From: Promethearchaeota archaeon
Lineage (GTDB): Archaea; Asgardarchaeota; Lokiarchaeia; Sigyniarchaeales; SOKP01
Assembly: GCA_048940645.1 (NCBI GenBank)
Contig: JBHLOI010000017.1
Span: 1 to 63,511, forward strand
Reading direction: 5' to 3'
Length of the DNA stretch: 63,511 nt
Under the pieces are notes generated by a model. That model saw only the letters and a list, made by a program, of their open reading frames with translations. It was not told the DNA's origin and searched no databases. This document shows positions 49,922 to 59,201 of this stretch, one piece after another. The stretch's first letter is position 1. The number at the start of each line of letters is the position of its first letter. Made by a program: the position numbers and the translations under genes.

Positions 49922-51649
49922 TTGGAGAAATCTAGTAGTAAAGACGCTACAAATAATACAGTTAAAGTTGTTCATGACCTCAAAAGACAAATTTTAGAGA
50001 TACCCTCTCTAATCAGAGTAATGAATAACTATTATTATAAAAAAAATCAAGGACAAAATCAAATTAAACCAATTCTTCGAAAGAAAATTAAAGAAAATAT
50101 AAAGTTTTTAAAAGATAAGAGAGATTTGCTTTATTCAATACCCACTGCTTTGGATACTTTAAGCGATGATCTCATTAGCAGAAAAGATTCATTTAAGTTT
50201 CCTGATAGCATCATTTTATTCGAAGCTTGGATGAATTTAGGCTATAATGCTCTTTATCCTAAACTTGTCTTACATTATAAGTTTCCGGGATTTTTAAAAG
50301 GGGAAAAAATAAGACATTTATTTCAATTTATCTTTTCTACATCTCGTGGTTTTGGGTTTCCTATCTATTTTGGACCCGAATTTTATGGATATATCCTAAC
50401 ATATGGTAAAATTTTAGAACCAATTCTAAAATGGAGTCATACAGTATGCCATAGAGCAAACCAAGCAATTTTCCTAGTAGGTAAAAGATATAATGTAAAA
50501 AGACACCATCCGGGAGAATTTGAATCTATAATAATTTCTGAGTATAAGGATAATATCTATAAAGGTATTGATACGCTCTTACATGGTTATTTTACGAACG
50601 ATCCAAAAAATTTAGGAAAGTTTTCCTCCCTAAAAGAAGTTCTTCAGAATATAACGTTTTCTTACTCAATAGGAGATCACGCTATGAGCATTGAATCAAA
50701 ACCTACTAGCAAAATTTTGAATGTTCATTTAATTACATATGATAAAATAATGGAAAAATATAATGTAGATTTTTACAACTACATCAAAAAACTAATATCT
50801 TTTAAAAAAATGCTGATAAACAAAATTTTGTTCTATAAAAACCAAAAAAATTCCCTTAAAAATCAATTGAGTAGACTAGATAAGCTAAAACTATTTTTAA
50901 ATAGATCTAAAAGATTTAAAGTTTCAGCACTTAATTCTTCTAAAAATATTTTTGAAATAGAGAAAATTAATCTTTATATTCATGTTATGGAAAAAGTTTT
51001 GGAATTGATTTGGACAACCCCTCTCTATACTCATACTTTACATGCTTTAACAGATAAAGAAAAGAAGTTTTTGATTCAAGATAAGAAAATTAAAGAGAAT
51101 TTTGAACAAAAATCTATAAATTCGATATTTTTTTTATGTTTGAAATATTATGAAGAAAAATATAACTTTAATTTTGAAGAAGAAGATATAATTAGAAAAG
51201 TGGATGATTTAAAAGATTCTATGGCAAAAATGTGGTTATATTTCAAAGAAAGCCAATTTAACCTTGCGATAAAAGAATTAAGTGAAATTTCTAAGTTATC
51301 AATCGAAGATCAAAATTATGATTTAAAAGTGAATGAAATCTTAGATAAACTTATACCAATATTTTCAATTTATGAAATATTTAATAGATCTCTGTCCGAA
51401 TCCGTCTACCCTGAGTCTATTCCCCGCACAGAAAGATTAGGTGCATATATAGCAAGTTTTTTAACTTCAAAATATAATTTATTTGGTATTAACTTAATGC
51501 ATCTCTTTAATAGACTAGCCTTTTATAATTGGAGCTATTACATTTTTAAAAATAAATTAAATCGAAAAAAATTATATAACTTCATTTTAAAACTGCCAAT
51601 CTGGAAAAACATTCCCCAAAGTATTAAATTAAAGATTTTAAAAATTTAA
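49922..51649 (+). CDS. Hypothetical protein
   Basis: 575-aa ORF; no family recognised. Confidence 0.75.
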   Translation: MEKSSSKDATNNTVKVVHDLKRQILEIPSLIRVMNNYYYKKNQGQNQIKPILRKKIKENIKFLKDKRDLLYSIPTALDTLSDDLISRKDSFKFPDSIILFEAWMNLGYNALYPKLVLHYKFPGFLKGEKIRHLFQFIFSTSRGFGFPIYFGPEFYGYILTYGKILEPILKWSHTVCHRANQAIFLVGKRYNVKRHHPGEFESIIISEYKDNIYKGIDTLLHGYFTNDPKNLGKFSSLKEVLQNITFSYSIGDHAMSIESKPTSKILNVHLITYDKIMEKYNVDFYNYIKKLISFKKMLINKILFYKNQKNSLKNQLSRLDKLKLFLNRSKRFKVSALNSSKNIFEIEKINLYIHVMEKVLELIWTTPLYTHTLHALTDKEKKFLIQDKKIKENFEQKSINSIFFLCLKYYEEKYNFNFEEEDIIRKVDDLKDSMAKMWLYFKESQFNLAIKELSEISKLSIEDQNYDLKVNEILDKLIPIFSIYEIFNRSLSESVYPESIPRTERLGAYIASFLTSKYNLFGINLMHLFNRLAFYNWSYYIFKNKLNRKKLYNFILKLPIWKNIPQSIKLKILKI

Positions 51650-51664
51650 TTAATTTCTCCAAAT

Positions 51665-52246
51665 TTAAAATTCTAAAAATCCAGGATCATCAAATATATC
51701 TTCTATTTTTTTTTCCTTTTTTATACTACTTTCGTCGTGTTCAGTAAATAATGATTCTTCATCTGTTTTTATCCCTTTTTCCATCTCCAGTGTTTCTAAA
51801 TGAAGCAAAGCATCTTTTTCCATTTTTTTAAATTCTTCAGCTTTTAATTTCCATTTGTTAACATCATCTATATTTACATCTTCTTCATCTGCTAATAATT
51901 CTGCTGCCTTAACTCTACAAAGATCAGATAAAATTGAATAACATAGGACTAATTCTCCCCATTCATTTTCTTTTTTCAACTTTTCAATTCTTCGTTCTAA
52001 TCTTTGCATTTCTTGATCAGCATAATAGATATCAATAAAATCTCCAAAAGCATCAACAGGTTCAGATATAGAATTGACTAATACTTCCTTTGTTAAACCA
52101 CAATAACCACATTTCACTGTTGCGATAGGACCTTTTCTCATGCCTTCAACCTTTACAGATTTTTCACCGCATGAAGGGCATGTAAAAATTTTTGGTACCT
52201 TCTTCACTCTTTTGTATGTTTGTTGCTTTCTTTTTCTTCTACCCAT
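51665..52246 (-). CDS. elf1: Transcription elongation factor Elf1 with helical/acidic C-terminal extension
   Basis: MGRRKRK...VPKIFTCPSCG..SV.V......A.V.CG.CG........SEPVDAF..FID; ATG at 52246. Confidence 0.9.
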   Translation of the reverse strand: MGRRKRKQQTYKRVKKVPKIFTCPSCGEKSVKVEGMRKGPIATVKCGYCGLTKEVLVNSISEPVDAFGDFIDIYYADQEMQRLERRIEKLKKENEWGELVLCYSILSDLCRVKAAELLADEEDVNIDDVNKWKLKAEEFKKMEKDALLHLETLEMEKGIKTDEESLFTEHDESSIKKEKKIEDIFDDPGFLEF

Positions 52247-52446
52247 GGAAAAACACTTCAATTTAAAATTTCTAAATACATTAACTTAATCAATAACTAA
52301 TTAGAAATTAAAACTAAAAAATTTTCGCTTTTTTAATTGTAAGTTAGAGGAAATCGTAAGATTTTTTAGGAATGTTTAATTACACTAATTACTTTTTTTA
52401 ACCGAAAGAAATATAATGATTTTAATATATTTAGTGGATTTTAGGC

Positions 52447-53547
52447 ATGGAGCATAGAAATTTAACATTGGATTATGATAGAGATTTAATTGATAAAATT
52501 TTTGACGATTTTGATATGAGATATATCATTTTGTTTTTATATATTATTAGAAATGATTTATTTAAAAACTTGGCTGATATTAGCCTTATAGAATCCTATG
52601 AGAGGATTCTAATATTAGATGAAATTTATAAAAGTAATATTAAAAAATTTTGGCAAAAAGAATTTACTGAGATTGCTATTGATTTGGGATTATTTAAAAA
52701 TATTCGAAGTATAATAGAATTTGATCAAAAAGATGATGATTTCATTATTAAATTAGGAGATGAAACCATAACCATAGAAAAAGATACGATTTCTGTGCCT
52801 GTTGATACCCTTTTCTTAATGATAAATAAAAAATTCCAATCGTCATCACGGAGAAATTTTAATCTAGCTCTTACTAAATTAAAAGGAGTTAGATGTGAAT
52901 CGAGTAATGTTATTCATTCTTTAATTTATGAAATAGGAGATCATGATTATACCTTATCTGATGATTTATATTACATTTTAGATCAATATGGTAATATTTA
53001 TCAGGCGATTAAAATAGAAATTACTATTGAAGGGTTTTTTCAAAGATTTAAAGAAATTCAAGATAAAGTCAAGGAATTAATTAACATTTTTGAACCAATC
53101 TTGAACAATAAACCTGTTTTAACAAAAATTTATAAAGCAATAAATGAAGTTAAAGAAATTATAGATTTTCTTAAAGAGGAAAAAGTACAACTCTCTGATA
53201 AATTCAATTTTGATAAAATAGATATTAACAATGAAATTTTCAAAAAGTGGAAGTCATTATTACTTAGTTTACTTAATTTTAGTTTTAAATTAAATGAAAT
53301 TGAAAAAAAAATCCTAGATATTAAGAGAACCTATTCTGGGAAAGGAAAAAAAAATACTTATCTTAAATTTATTGAAAAAGTATCATTTAATGAAGAAAAT
53401 ATTGTTGATAATATTCAGGAATCCTTAGTAAAACTTAGAGGAGATTTGGTTTTAATTAATAATGAAATTTCCAACTTATCTAAAAAGCAAGTAAAATTAT
53501 TAAATCTGGATTATGAAAGATTTATAATAACAAGTAGTGTTGATTAA
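52447..53547 (+). CDS. Hypothetical protein (wHTH-like N-terminal half + coiled coil), first gene of operon
   Basis: RRNFNLALTKLK...LIYE.....YTLS wing-like segment followed by heptad repeats. Confidence 0.75.
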   Translation: MEHRNLTLDYDRDLIDKIFDDFDMRYIILFLYIIRNDLFKNLADISLIESYERILILDEIYKSNIKKFWQKEFTEIAIDLGLFKNIRSIIEFDQKDDDFIIKLGDETITIEKDTISVPVDTLFLMINKKFQSSSRRNFNLALTKLKGVRCESSNVIHSLIYEIGDHDYTLSDDLYYILDQYGNIYQAIKIEITIEGFFQRFKEIQDKVKELINIFEPILNNKPVLTKIYKAINEVKEIIDFLKEEKVQLSDKFNFDKIDINNEIFKKWKSLLLSLLNFSFKLNEIEKKILDIKRTYSGKGKKNTYLKFIEKVSFNEENIVDNIQESLVKLRGDLVLINNEISNLSKKQVKLLNLDYERFIITSSVD

Positions 53548-53549
53548 TC

Positions 53550-54506
53550 TTGAAATGTCCTTCATGTAATGTTGAAATGGAACCATTAGTTGCCGGAATA
53601 TTTCAATGTCCGCAATGTAGAAAAATATTAAAGCAAAAGGAAGAAATAATTGAAAAGATAGAAAAAGAAATCATTAAAGAAGGTGAATTTCGAGATGGTG
53701 AATATTTCCATAAAGAACTTACTTTAAATAAGAAGTATGAAGTCTGTAAAAAGGGAATAGTTATTAATAAAACCTCTAACCGTGTTTTTGCGGTTTTGAT
53801 TTGCGAAAGCCCATATAAAGAAAAATATGTAAGAGTTTCATGGTGGAAAAATTATCAACATGCAGGCATGTTTAAAATTTACGACAGAGATGTACTTAAC
53901 AATACTATTAAAGCATTAGAAAAAATTGATGAATCTTTTGACGATCTATGGCGCTGGTCAGGTAAATATGGAAAATCTGAACCAAAAACCGAAGAAGATT
54001 TAGAAAAAGAAAAAAAAAATGCAATTATTAAAGCTAGAATAATTGAAAATCGTACTTGTCCAAATTGTCAGAAAAAAATGGAAAAAAATAAAACTCATTA
54101 TATATGCCAAAATTGCTCCGAAATTGTAATATTAGAAGGGTATAATCAACCCATTTTTAGTGTTTCTCCAGTAGATCTTGATTTACGTTTTCATAGTAAT
54201 TTTCCAATTAATTTTTACATGCCAGTAAGTGGTATAACTGTGAAGTGGTTAGTAGGAGAATGGAAGGCAATAACAATTATTTATTCTAAAGATAATCCAA
54301 ATAAAAGATGGCTAAGATTTTATTGGTGGATTCGAGATTTAAGTAGTTTTATTAAATTCGGAAAGAGAGAAATGGGTGAAGGGATTCAAATGGGTTGGAA
54401 AGCTCAAAAAGGGATCTCCTCCCCAAATATCTATGATAAGAAATTAATAAAGCCATTAATCAAGGCGCTTAAAAAAACATCTATAGAATTGAATTGGGTC
54501 AATTAA
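53550..54506 (+). CDS. Tandem (Zn ribbon + PC4-like) x2 protein
   Basis: CPSC...CPQC and CPNC...CQNC, each followed by a similar domain (YVRVSWWK...IYD...IKALEK / WLRFYWW...KAQKGIS..IYD...IKALKK). Confidence 0.75.
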   Translation: MKCPSCNVEMEPLVAGIFQCPQCRKILKQKEEIIEKIEKEIIKEGEFRDGEYFHKELTLNKKYEVCKKGIVINKTSNRVFAVLICESPYKEKYVRVSWWKNYQHAGMFKIYDRDVLNNTIKALEKIDESFDDLWRWSGKYGKSEPKTEEDLEKEKKNAIIKARIIENRTCPNCQKKMEKNKTHYICQNCSEIVILEGYNQPIFSVSPVDLDLRFHSNFPINFYMPVSGITVKWLVGEWKAITIIYSKDNPNKRWLRFYWWIRDLSSFIKFGKREMGEGIQMGWKAQKGISSPNIYDKKLIKPLIKALKKTSIELNWVN

Positions 54507-54537
54507 TAAAAGTTTAAATGATAAACAGGTTTAAATT

Positions 54538-55677
54538 ATGTCTGAAATAGAGGATCTGACTTGGAATAAATTACTCCAAGAGTTTGGAAGAAGTTTAGAA
54601 AATGCTATTGAGCATCTTGAAACTAAAGATATTGAAAACATTCCCGGTGCAAAAGAAGCTTTAATCCAAAGATTAAATGATATGAAATTAATTTTCCCTA
54701 AAAATAATGGAGATATATTTATAAAATCTATTAATGATAAGATACAAAATGCTTTTTTTCCAAATACCAAAACTTTTTCTAAGGCCTTTGAGAAGATTTT
54801 AAAATCCAGAACTCATGAACAAGACTTTATTATAAATGAATTATTAAATGGTTTTGTTTCTTCAAAAGCAAAGGCAATTGCTTCAGGAACACAAGCCCCG
54901 ATAATAGATAGGATGGTTGAGGCTTTTAGTAAGAGAAATGATTTTCATATTGTAGATCACCAATTTTTTGCAATGTTTGGAGATCCTAATAAACCTAGAC
55001 ACTTTGTGAAGAAACAGCTCGAAGAATTAATAAATATGTTTGGCTTAATTTCAAAAGAACTTGTTGTAGAAAAAGATGTGAGAACTAGTGAGCAAAAAAC
55101 TTATACTTTTTATACTTTTCCAGGTGATATTATCAAGTTACTTGAAGAAAAATATTTAAATATTGACCAAGAACTAGGATATGCTTATGTTTCAGATGCC
55201 TTTGATAGAAATGTATTCATTTGTATGTTCTTAGCAAATATTGCGATTAATAGGGATGATATGGAAAAAATTGGAGGTGCTTATACTATTAATGGTATTT
55301 CTGCAATATTCGCATTAATAATATTACTGAGTTTTTTACCCAAAATATCAGTCGATGAAACAAACCCAATATTAAATGATCCTAATTATGATGAAACTAA
55401 TATGAGTATTATTCCAAAATCTTGGATGATGAAACAAGTATTAGAATCACTATTCGAACCTCTTATTAAAATTATTGCCTATAGGTTAGGGGGAGGATTA
55501 TGGTTGTCCAAAATAATTGACTCTGAAGTTAATAAAAAAATTATAAACCAGATACGATTTTTGATTAAAGATGTTAATAAATGGATTCTTGGACAGCTAG
55601 TGAGAGTTGAAATACCAATCTTCATTAGTATAGGTAATATACTAACTGAAGTGTTAGTAGGATATGAAGAGGAGTAA
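54538..55677 (+). CDS. Hypothetical protein
   Basis: Long ORF in operon; possible central wHTH (KKQLEELINMFGLISKE...YTFY). Confidence 0.75.
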   Translation: MSEIEDLTWNKLLQEFGRSLENAIEHLETKDIENIPGAKEALIQRLNDMKLIFPKNNGDIFIKSINDKIQNAFFPNTKTFSKAFEKILKSRTHEQDFIINELLNGFVSSKAKAIASGTQAPIIDRMVEAFSKRNDFHIVDHQFFAMFGDPNKPRHFVKKQLEELINMFGLISKELVVEKDVRTSEQKTYTFYTFPGDIIKLLEEKYLNIDQELGYAYVSDAFDRNVFICMFLANIAINRDDMEKIGGAYTINGISAIFALIILLSFLPKISVDETNPILNDPNYDETNMSIIPKSWMMKQVLESLFEPLIKIIAYRLGGGLWLSKIIDSEVNKKIINQIRFLIKDVNKWILGQLVRVEIPIFISIGNILTEVLVGYEEE

Positions 55678-55693
55678 AAAATTATAGTTATCG

Positions 55694-57010
55694 GTGAAAA
55701 GAATGAGTTATAAAAAAAAATCAACAAGAACGGTGAAACCGGGAAGAAAAAGAGAAAAGTGGACTGATTTATTTCCCCGATATTTAACTTTCATTAGTCA
55801 TATGAGACCAATTCTTAGAGAAACCCGAAGAATTATAATTAATCTAGATGCTGATCTTTTATTAGATACAGAAATCTTAGATAAAATTCGCCAAGAAGAA
55901 GAAAAAAGAAATATTCGAAAAGTGAGAGCATTATCAGAATTCTCAGCTATGTACAGATCAAATATTTACGAAATTATTAAGGATTTTATTATAAAATATA
56001 GAGAAAAAATACCGATAATTGATATAAAAGATTATATTGTAGATTTTCTATATGAAGCTGTCAATGCATTAAACGTTTTAAGGCATATCACTAATCCAGA
56101 CGAAGCTAACTTAGAAGATACATACTTATATAATATAACTAAATTTATTGAATCGAGGTTATTTCCGAGAGGTGCGAATTTAAAAATAATCTATGAAAAA
56201 TTATTAAAATTTTCTCAAAATTTTTATGAATGCCAACGCCATACTCTCCAACCACATACTTATTATCGTGAGTTATTAGAAAGCCCTGACTTCTTTGAAA
56301 TACCCGGGATATCTCCGAAAGTATATCAAATTATTAATAATATTATTTCACTTTATAATCTTGATCCGAACTTTGGTGAATTTCCAGAAAAGGAAAATTA
56401 TGAGATCCCCATGATATTAAAGAGTGATATCTTCTTACCTTATATCGATTCAATAGCCAATGCTGAAGAAGAAGCCATAGAAAGCATTGCGGAACGTTTA
56501 GGCCTACGTTTAATTGATAATATTTTTTTAGCTCCCAACGAGGATCTTGTGAAAATATTGTTAGAGAATAACTTTTTACGCGAAAGTAAACAATCTGATG
56601 GTAAAATGAGATTATATCCTCAATTTAGTAATGAAACTTTGTTATTGTATTATTTAGCTTTCGCTTCACAAAGACGTGGATTTCTATCGAAAGAGTTGAT
56701 TAATTGGATATCAATGAATTTTGCTTTTCTGATATATATGGGCATCTTGAAATGGAAATTATCTGATGAAAACATTTTTTACCCAATTTTTAAAGATCTA
56801 CAAACTAATGAGAAAGTTCTTCCATATTTAATGAAATTAATTTGTTTTCCGAATTATTTAGGTCTAGACAAAATGAAAATAAGAGATTCCCCCCAATACA
56901 GAAAAGAAATTTTTAACTTTATGGGAGCTGAAATAGACAATCTGAAAAACCTAATCTCAGAAATAGCAGATTTTTGTGAAAAATTTGATAAGGAAAGAAA
57001 AAATAATTAA
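55694..57010 (+). CDS. Hypothetical protein
   Basis: Long ORF in operon, basic N-terminus. Confidence 0.75.
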   Translation: MKRMSYKKKSTRTVKPGRKREKWTDLFPRYLTFISHMRPILRETRRIIINLDADLLLDTEILDKIRQEEEKRNIRKVRALSEFSAMYRSNIYEIIKDFIIKYREKIPIIDIKDYIVDFLYEAVNALNVLRHITNPDEANLEDTYLYNITKFIESRLFPRGANLKIIYEKLLKFSQNFYECQRHTLQPHTYYRELLESPDFFEIPGISPKVYQIINNIISLYNLDPNFGEFPEKENYEIPMILKSDIFLPYIDSIANAEEEAIESIAERLGLRLIDNIFLAPNEDLVKILLENNFLRESKQSDGKMRLYPQFSNETLLLYYLAFASQRRGFLSKELINWISMNFAFLIYMGILKWKLSDENIFYPIFKDLQTNEKVLPYLMKLICFPNYLGLDKMKIRDSPQYRKEIFNFMGAEIDNLKNLISEIADFCEKFDKERKNN

Positions 57011-57033
57011 CATACAAAAAAAAGAGATGAGGA

Positions 57034-58104
57034 ATTATTAGTAATGAGAAAAAAATTACATATACAGACGATGTTATTAAAGACCGTATAGGTAAATATG
57101 GAGCTGTATACTTTCCTAATGATATTAAAGAAACTGTTGAAGATATACTAGGAAATGAAGTAAAAAAGGAAATATTAGATGATTTTTTCAAAGCTTTAAA
57201 AAAGTATGATGATTTTACAGAACAATTAAAAGAAACTAAATTAAATCCCAGTCTTACAGTTCTTTTATATGGACCGCCTGGTACAGGGAAAACTTCCTTA
57301 ACAAGAGGTTTTGCCAAGAAATATAAAATACCAATATGTGTAGTTGAAACCGATCGACTTGTATCACCTCTATTGGGAGACACTATTAAACAAATAAGAA
57401 GAGTTGTTGACCTGGCTGCTGAAATTGCTCGTGAAAGAGCAGCTTTTATAATATTTTTTGATGAAATTGATGCAATTGGATCTGAACGCTCCAATATTCA
57501 TGAAGTAGGAGAAATTAAGAGAGCTGTCATATCTTTTTTACAGGTTATCGATAGAATTAACTATGAAGGAGTCCCACTAGCAATTTTTGGAGCCACTAAC
57601 CATCAAAACCAATTAGATTCTGCTATTTGGAGGAGATTCACCTTCCATCTTCGATTTGATTTTCCTGATTTCCATTTAAGAAAAAAGATAATTGAGTCAT
57701 TTCTAAATAACATAAAAAAGGCTAAAATTGGCATTGATGAGACAATTTTTACCAAATTAGAAAATGAATATAAGGAACTTCACTCTTTTGAAAAAGATGT
57801 AAAGCGCAAAGTTGGTCATAGAATATCGGAATTTGATAATGAAATCTTATGGAATGAAATAGTTAAAAGAAATAAAGCAGATGGAATTCTAAAACTAACC
57901 CATGGATATTCGGGTTCTGATATTGAAAGAGGTACAAAGGTTTCTCTACTGAAGGCCATGAACACGGAAATTTTAACATACGATATGTTTTATGAAGCAT
58001 TAAAATTAGTTGGCGGAACAGCTATTCATGTTGATCGTCAAAATAATTTGTCAGGCAAATATGGTAAAAAAGTAGAAGAAATTGAGGGTCCTCCAGAAAT
58101 TTAA
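57034..58104 (+). CDS. AAA+ ATPase (classical clade); probable non-canonical ATT start at 57034 or 57037
   Basis: Frame open from stop 57028-57030; contains Walker [13 protein letters not shown] upstream of the ORF-track start, Walker B IFFDEIDAIG, GATN, LDSAIWRRF, GYSGSDI. Confidence 0.9.
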   Translation: MISNEKKITYTDDVIKDRIGKYGAVYFPNDIKETVEDILGNEVKKEILDDFFKALKKYDDFTEQLKETKLNPSLTVLLYGPPGTGKTSLTRGFAKKYKIPICVVETDRLVSPLLGDTIKQIRRVVDLAAEIARERAAFIIFFDEIDAIGSERSNIHEVGEIKRAVISFLQVIDRINYEGVPLAIFGATNHQNQLDSAIWRRFTFHLRFDFPDFHLRKKIIESFLNNIKKAKIGIDETIFTKLENEYKELHSFEKDVKRKVGHRISEFDNEILWNEIVKRNKADGILKLTHGYSGSDIERGTKVSLLKAMNTEILTYDMFYEALKLVGGTAIHVDRQNNLSGKYGKKVEEIEGPPEI

Positions 58105-58113
58105 ACTCAGATT

Positions 58114-59178
58114 TTGAAATATTTTTATTTAACGGAAAAGATGAACAGCACTTTATTTGATCTGGATAAAATTAAGGAATTAACCTTACCAATTGAAGAT
58201 CTTCAGATAAAAATTAATAAATTGAATGATCTTAAAAAAATACTAGTTCAGGATAAAGATAATTTAATAGAATATATTAATGATAATGAGTTAATGAATC
58301 AATATCAAGAACTAATTGTTAATATAGAAAATTTCCATAATCAATTAATTAAAGTTTCAAAAGAAAATTTAAATACTTACTTTCTTTATCAAGACAAACT
58401 TATAAATAAATATAAAGAAGCATTTAAAGAGAAATTAAGAATTGCAAAAATAAATCAAAAGGTTACTAAAAATATTGGAGTAAAATTAATTGAGAATAGA
58501 GAAGTTTGTAAGCTTATTGACAAAGTTTCATTTATCCCCTCAATTGAATTAAACCAATGGCTAGATATAATAGATTCCTTGAATCAATATTCAATTTTTT
58601 TAAAAACTATAAAAAAAGTATCAAAATTCTATAATGTATTAATTAATGAGAAGTTTAATAAGAAACTGAGTGAAATTCCTAAAGACACAGATGGTAAATT
58701 GATAGAAAATTATAAAAAAGCATTTTTAAAAAACAACAATTTGAGTTTTGTTGAATTTATCCAAGAGATGGAACGTAAACTCTCACAAGAAGATTTAAAA
58801 GTTCAGGAGCAGATTATTCAAAAAGCTAAAGAAAAAGAAGAGATTGAAAAATTAAAAAAAAAGCAAAAAGAACAGCAAGAAGGTTATCAAAATTATCTAA
58901 ATTTATCTGAAAGTGAATTTGAAAGATTGAGACGAAGGAAGAAAAGGGAAAAGTTGGAAGATGTTTCTATTAAACCAAAAAAGCTTAATGAAATCGAAAT
59001 ACCAGAAGATATCTCTAAAAAGATTGAGGAGTTTAAATCTAAATTTGAAATTTCTTTCCATAAAAATCATTTGATTGAAGAAAATGAAAATAGAGACCCA
59101 TTAGAGTTAATTCGGGAAAGGAAAAAACAGAAGGAAAAGGAATATAAAAAGTTTAAAAAACATTTTGAAGATATATAA
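58114..59178 (+). CDS. Coiled-coil, highly charged hypothetical protein
   Basis: Heptads; motif YL.LSE.EFERLRR; start may be ATG 58141. Confidence 0.75.
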   Translation: MKYFYLTEKMNSTLFDLDKIKELTLPIEDLQIKINKLNDLKKILVQDKDNLIEYINDNELMNQYQELIVNIENFHNQLIKVSKENLNTYFLYQDKLINKYKEAFKEKLRIAKINQKVTKNIGVKLIENREVCKLIDKVSFIPSIELNQWLDIIDSLNQYSIFLKTIKKVSKFYNVLINEKFNKKLSEIPKDTDGKLIENYKKAFLKNNNLSFVEFIQEMERKLSQEDLKVQEQIIQKAKEKEEIEKLKKKQKEQQEGYQNYLNLSESEFERLRRRKKREKLEDVSIKPKKLNEIEIPEDISKKIEEFKSKFEISFHKNHLIEENENRDPLELIRERKKQKEKEYKKFKKHFEDI

Positions 59179-59201
59179 AAAATTATTAAAGTGATTTCAA
59201 A

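Noticed and set aside
56919-57494. 191-aa - strand ORF
   Set aside because: Antisense to the Walker A region of the AAA+ ATPase
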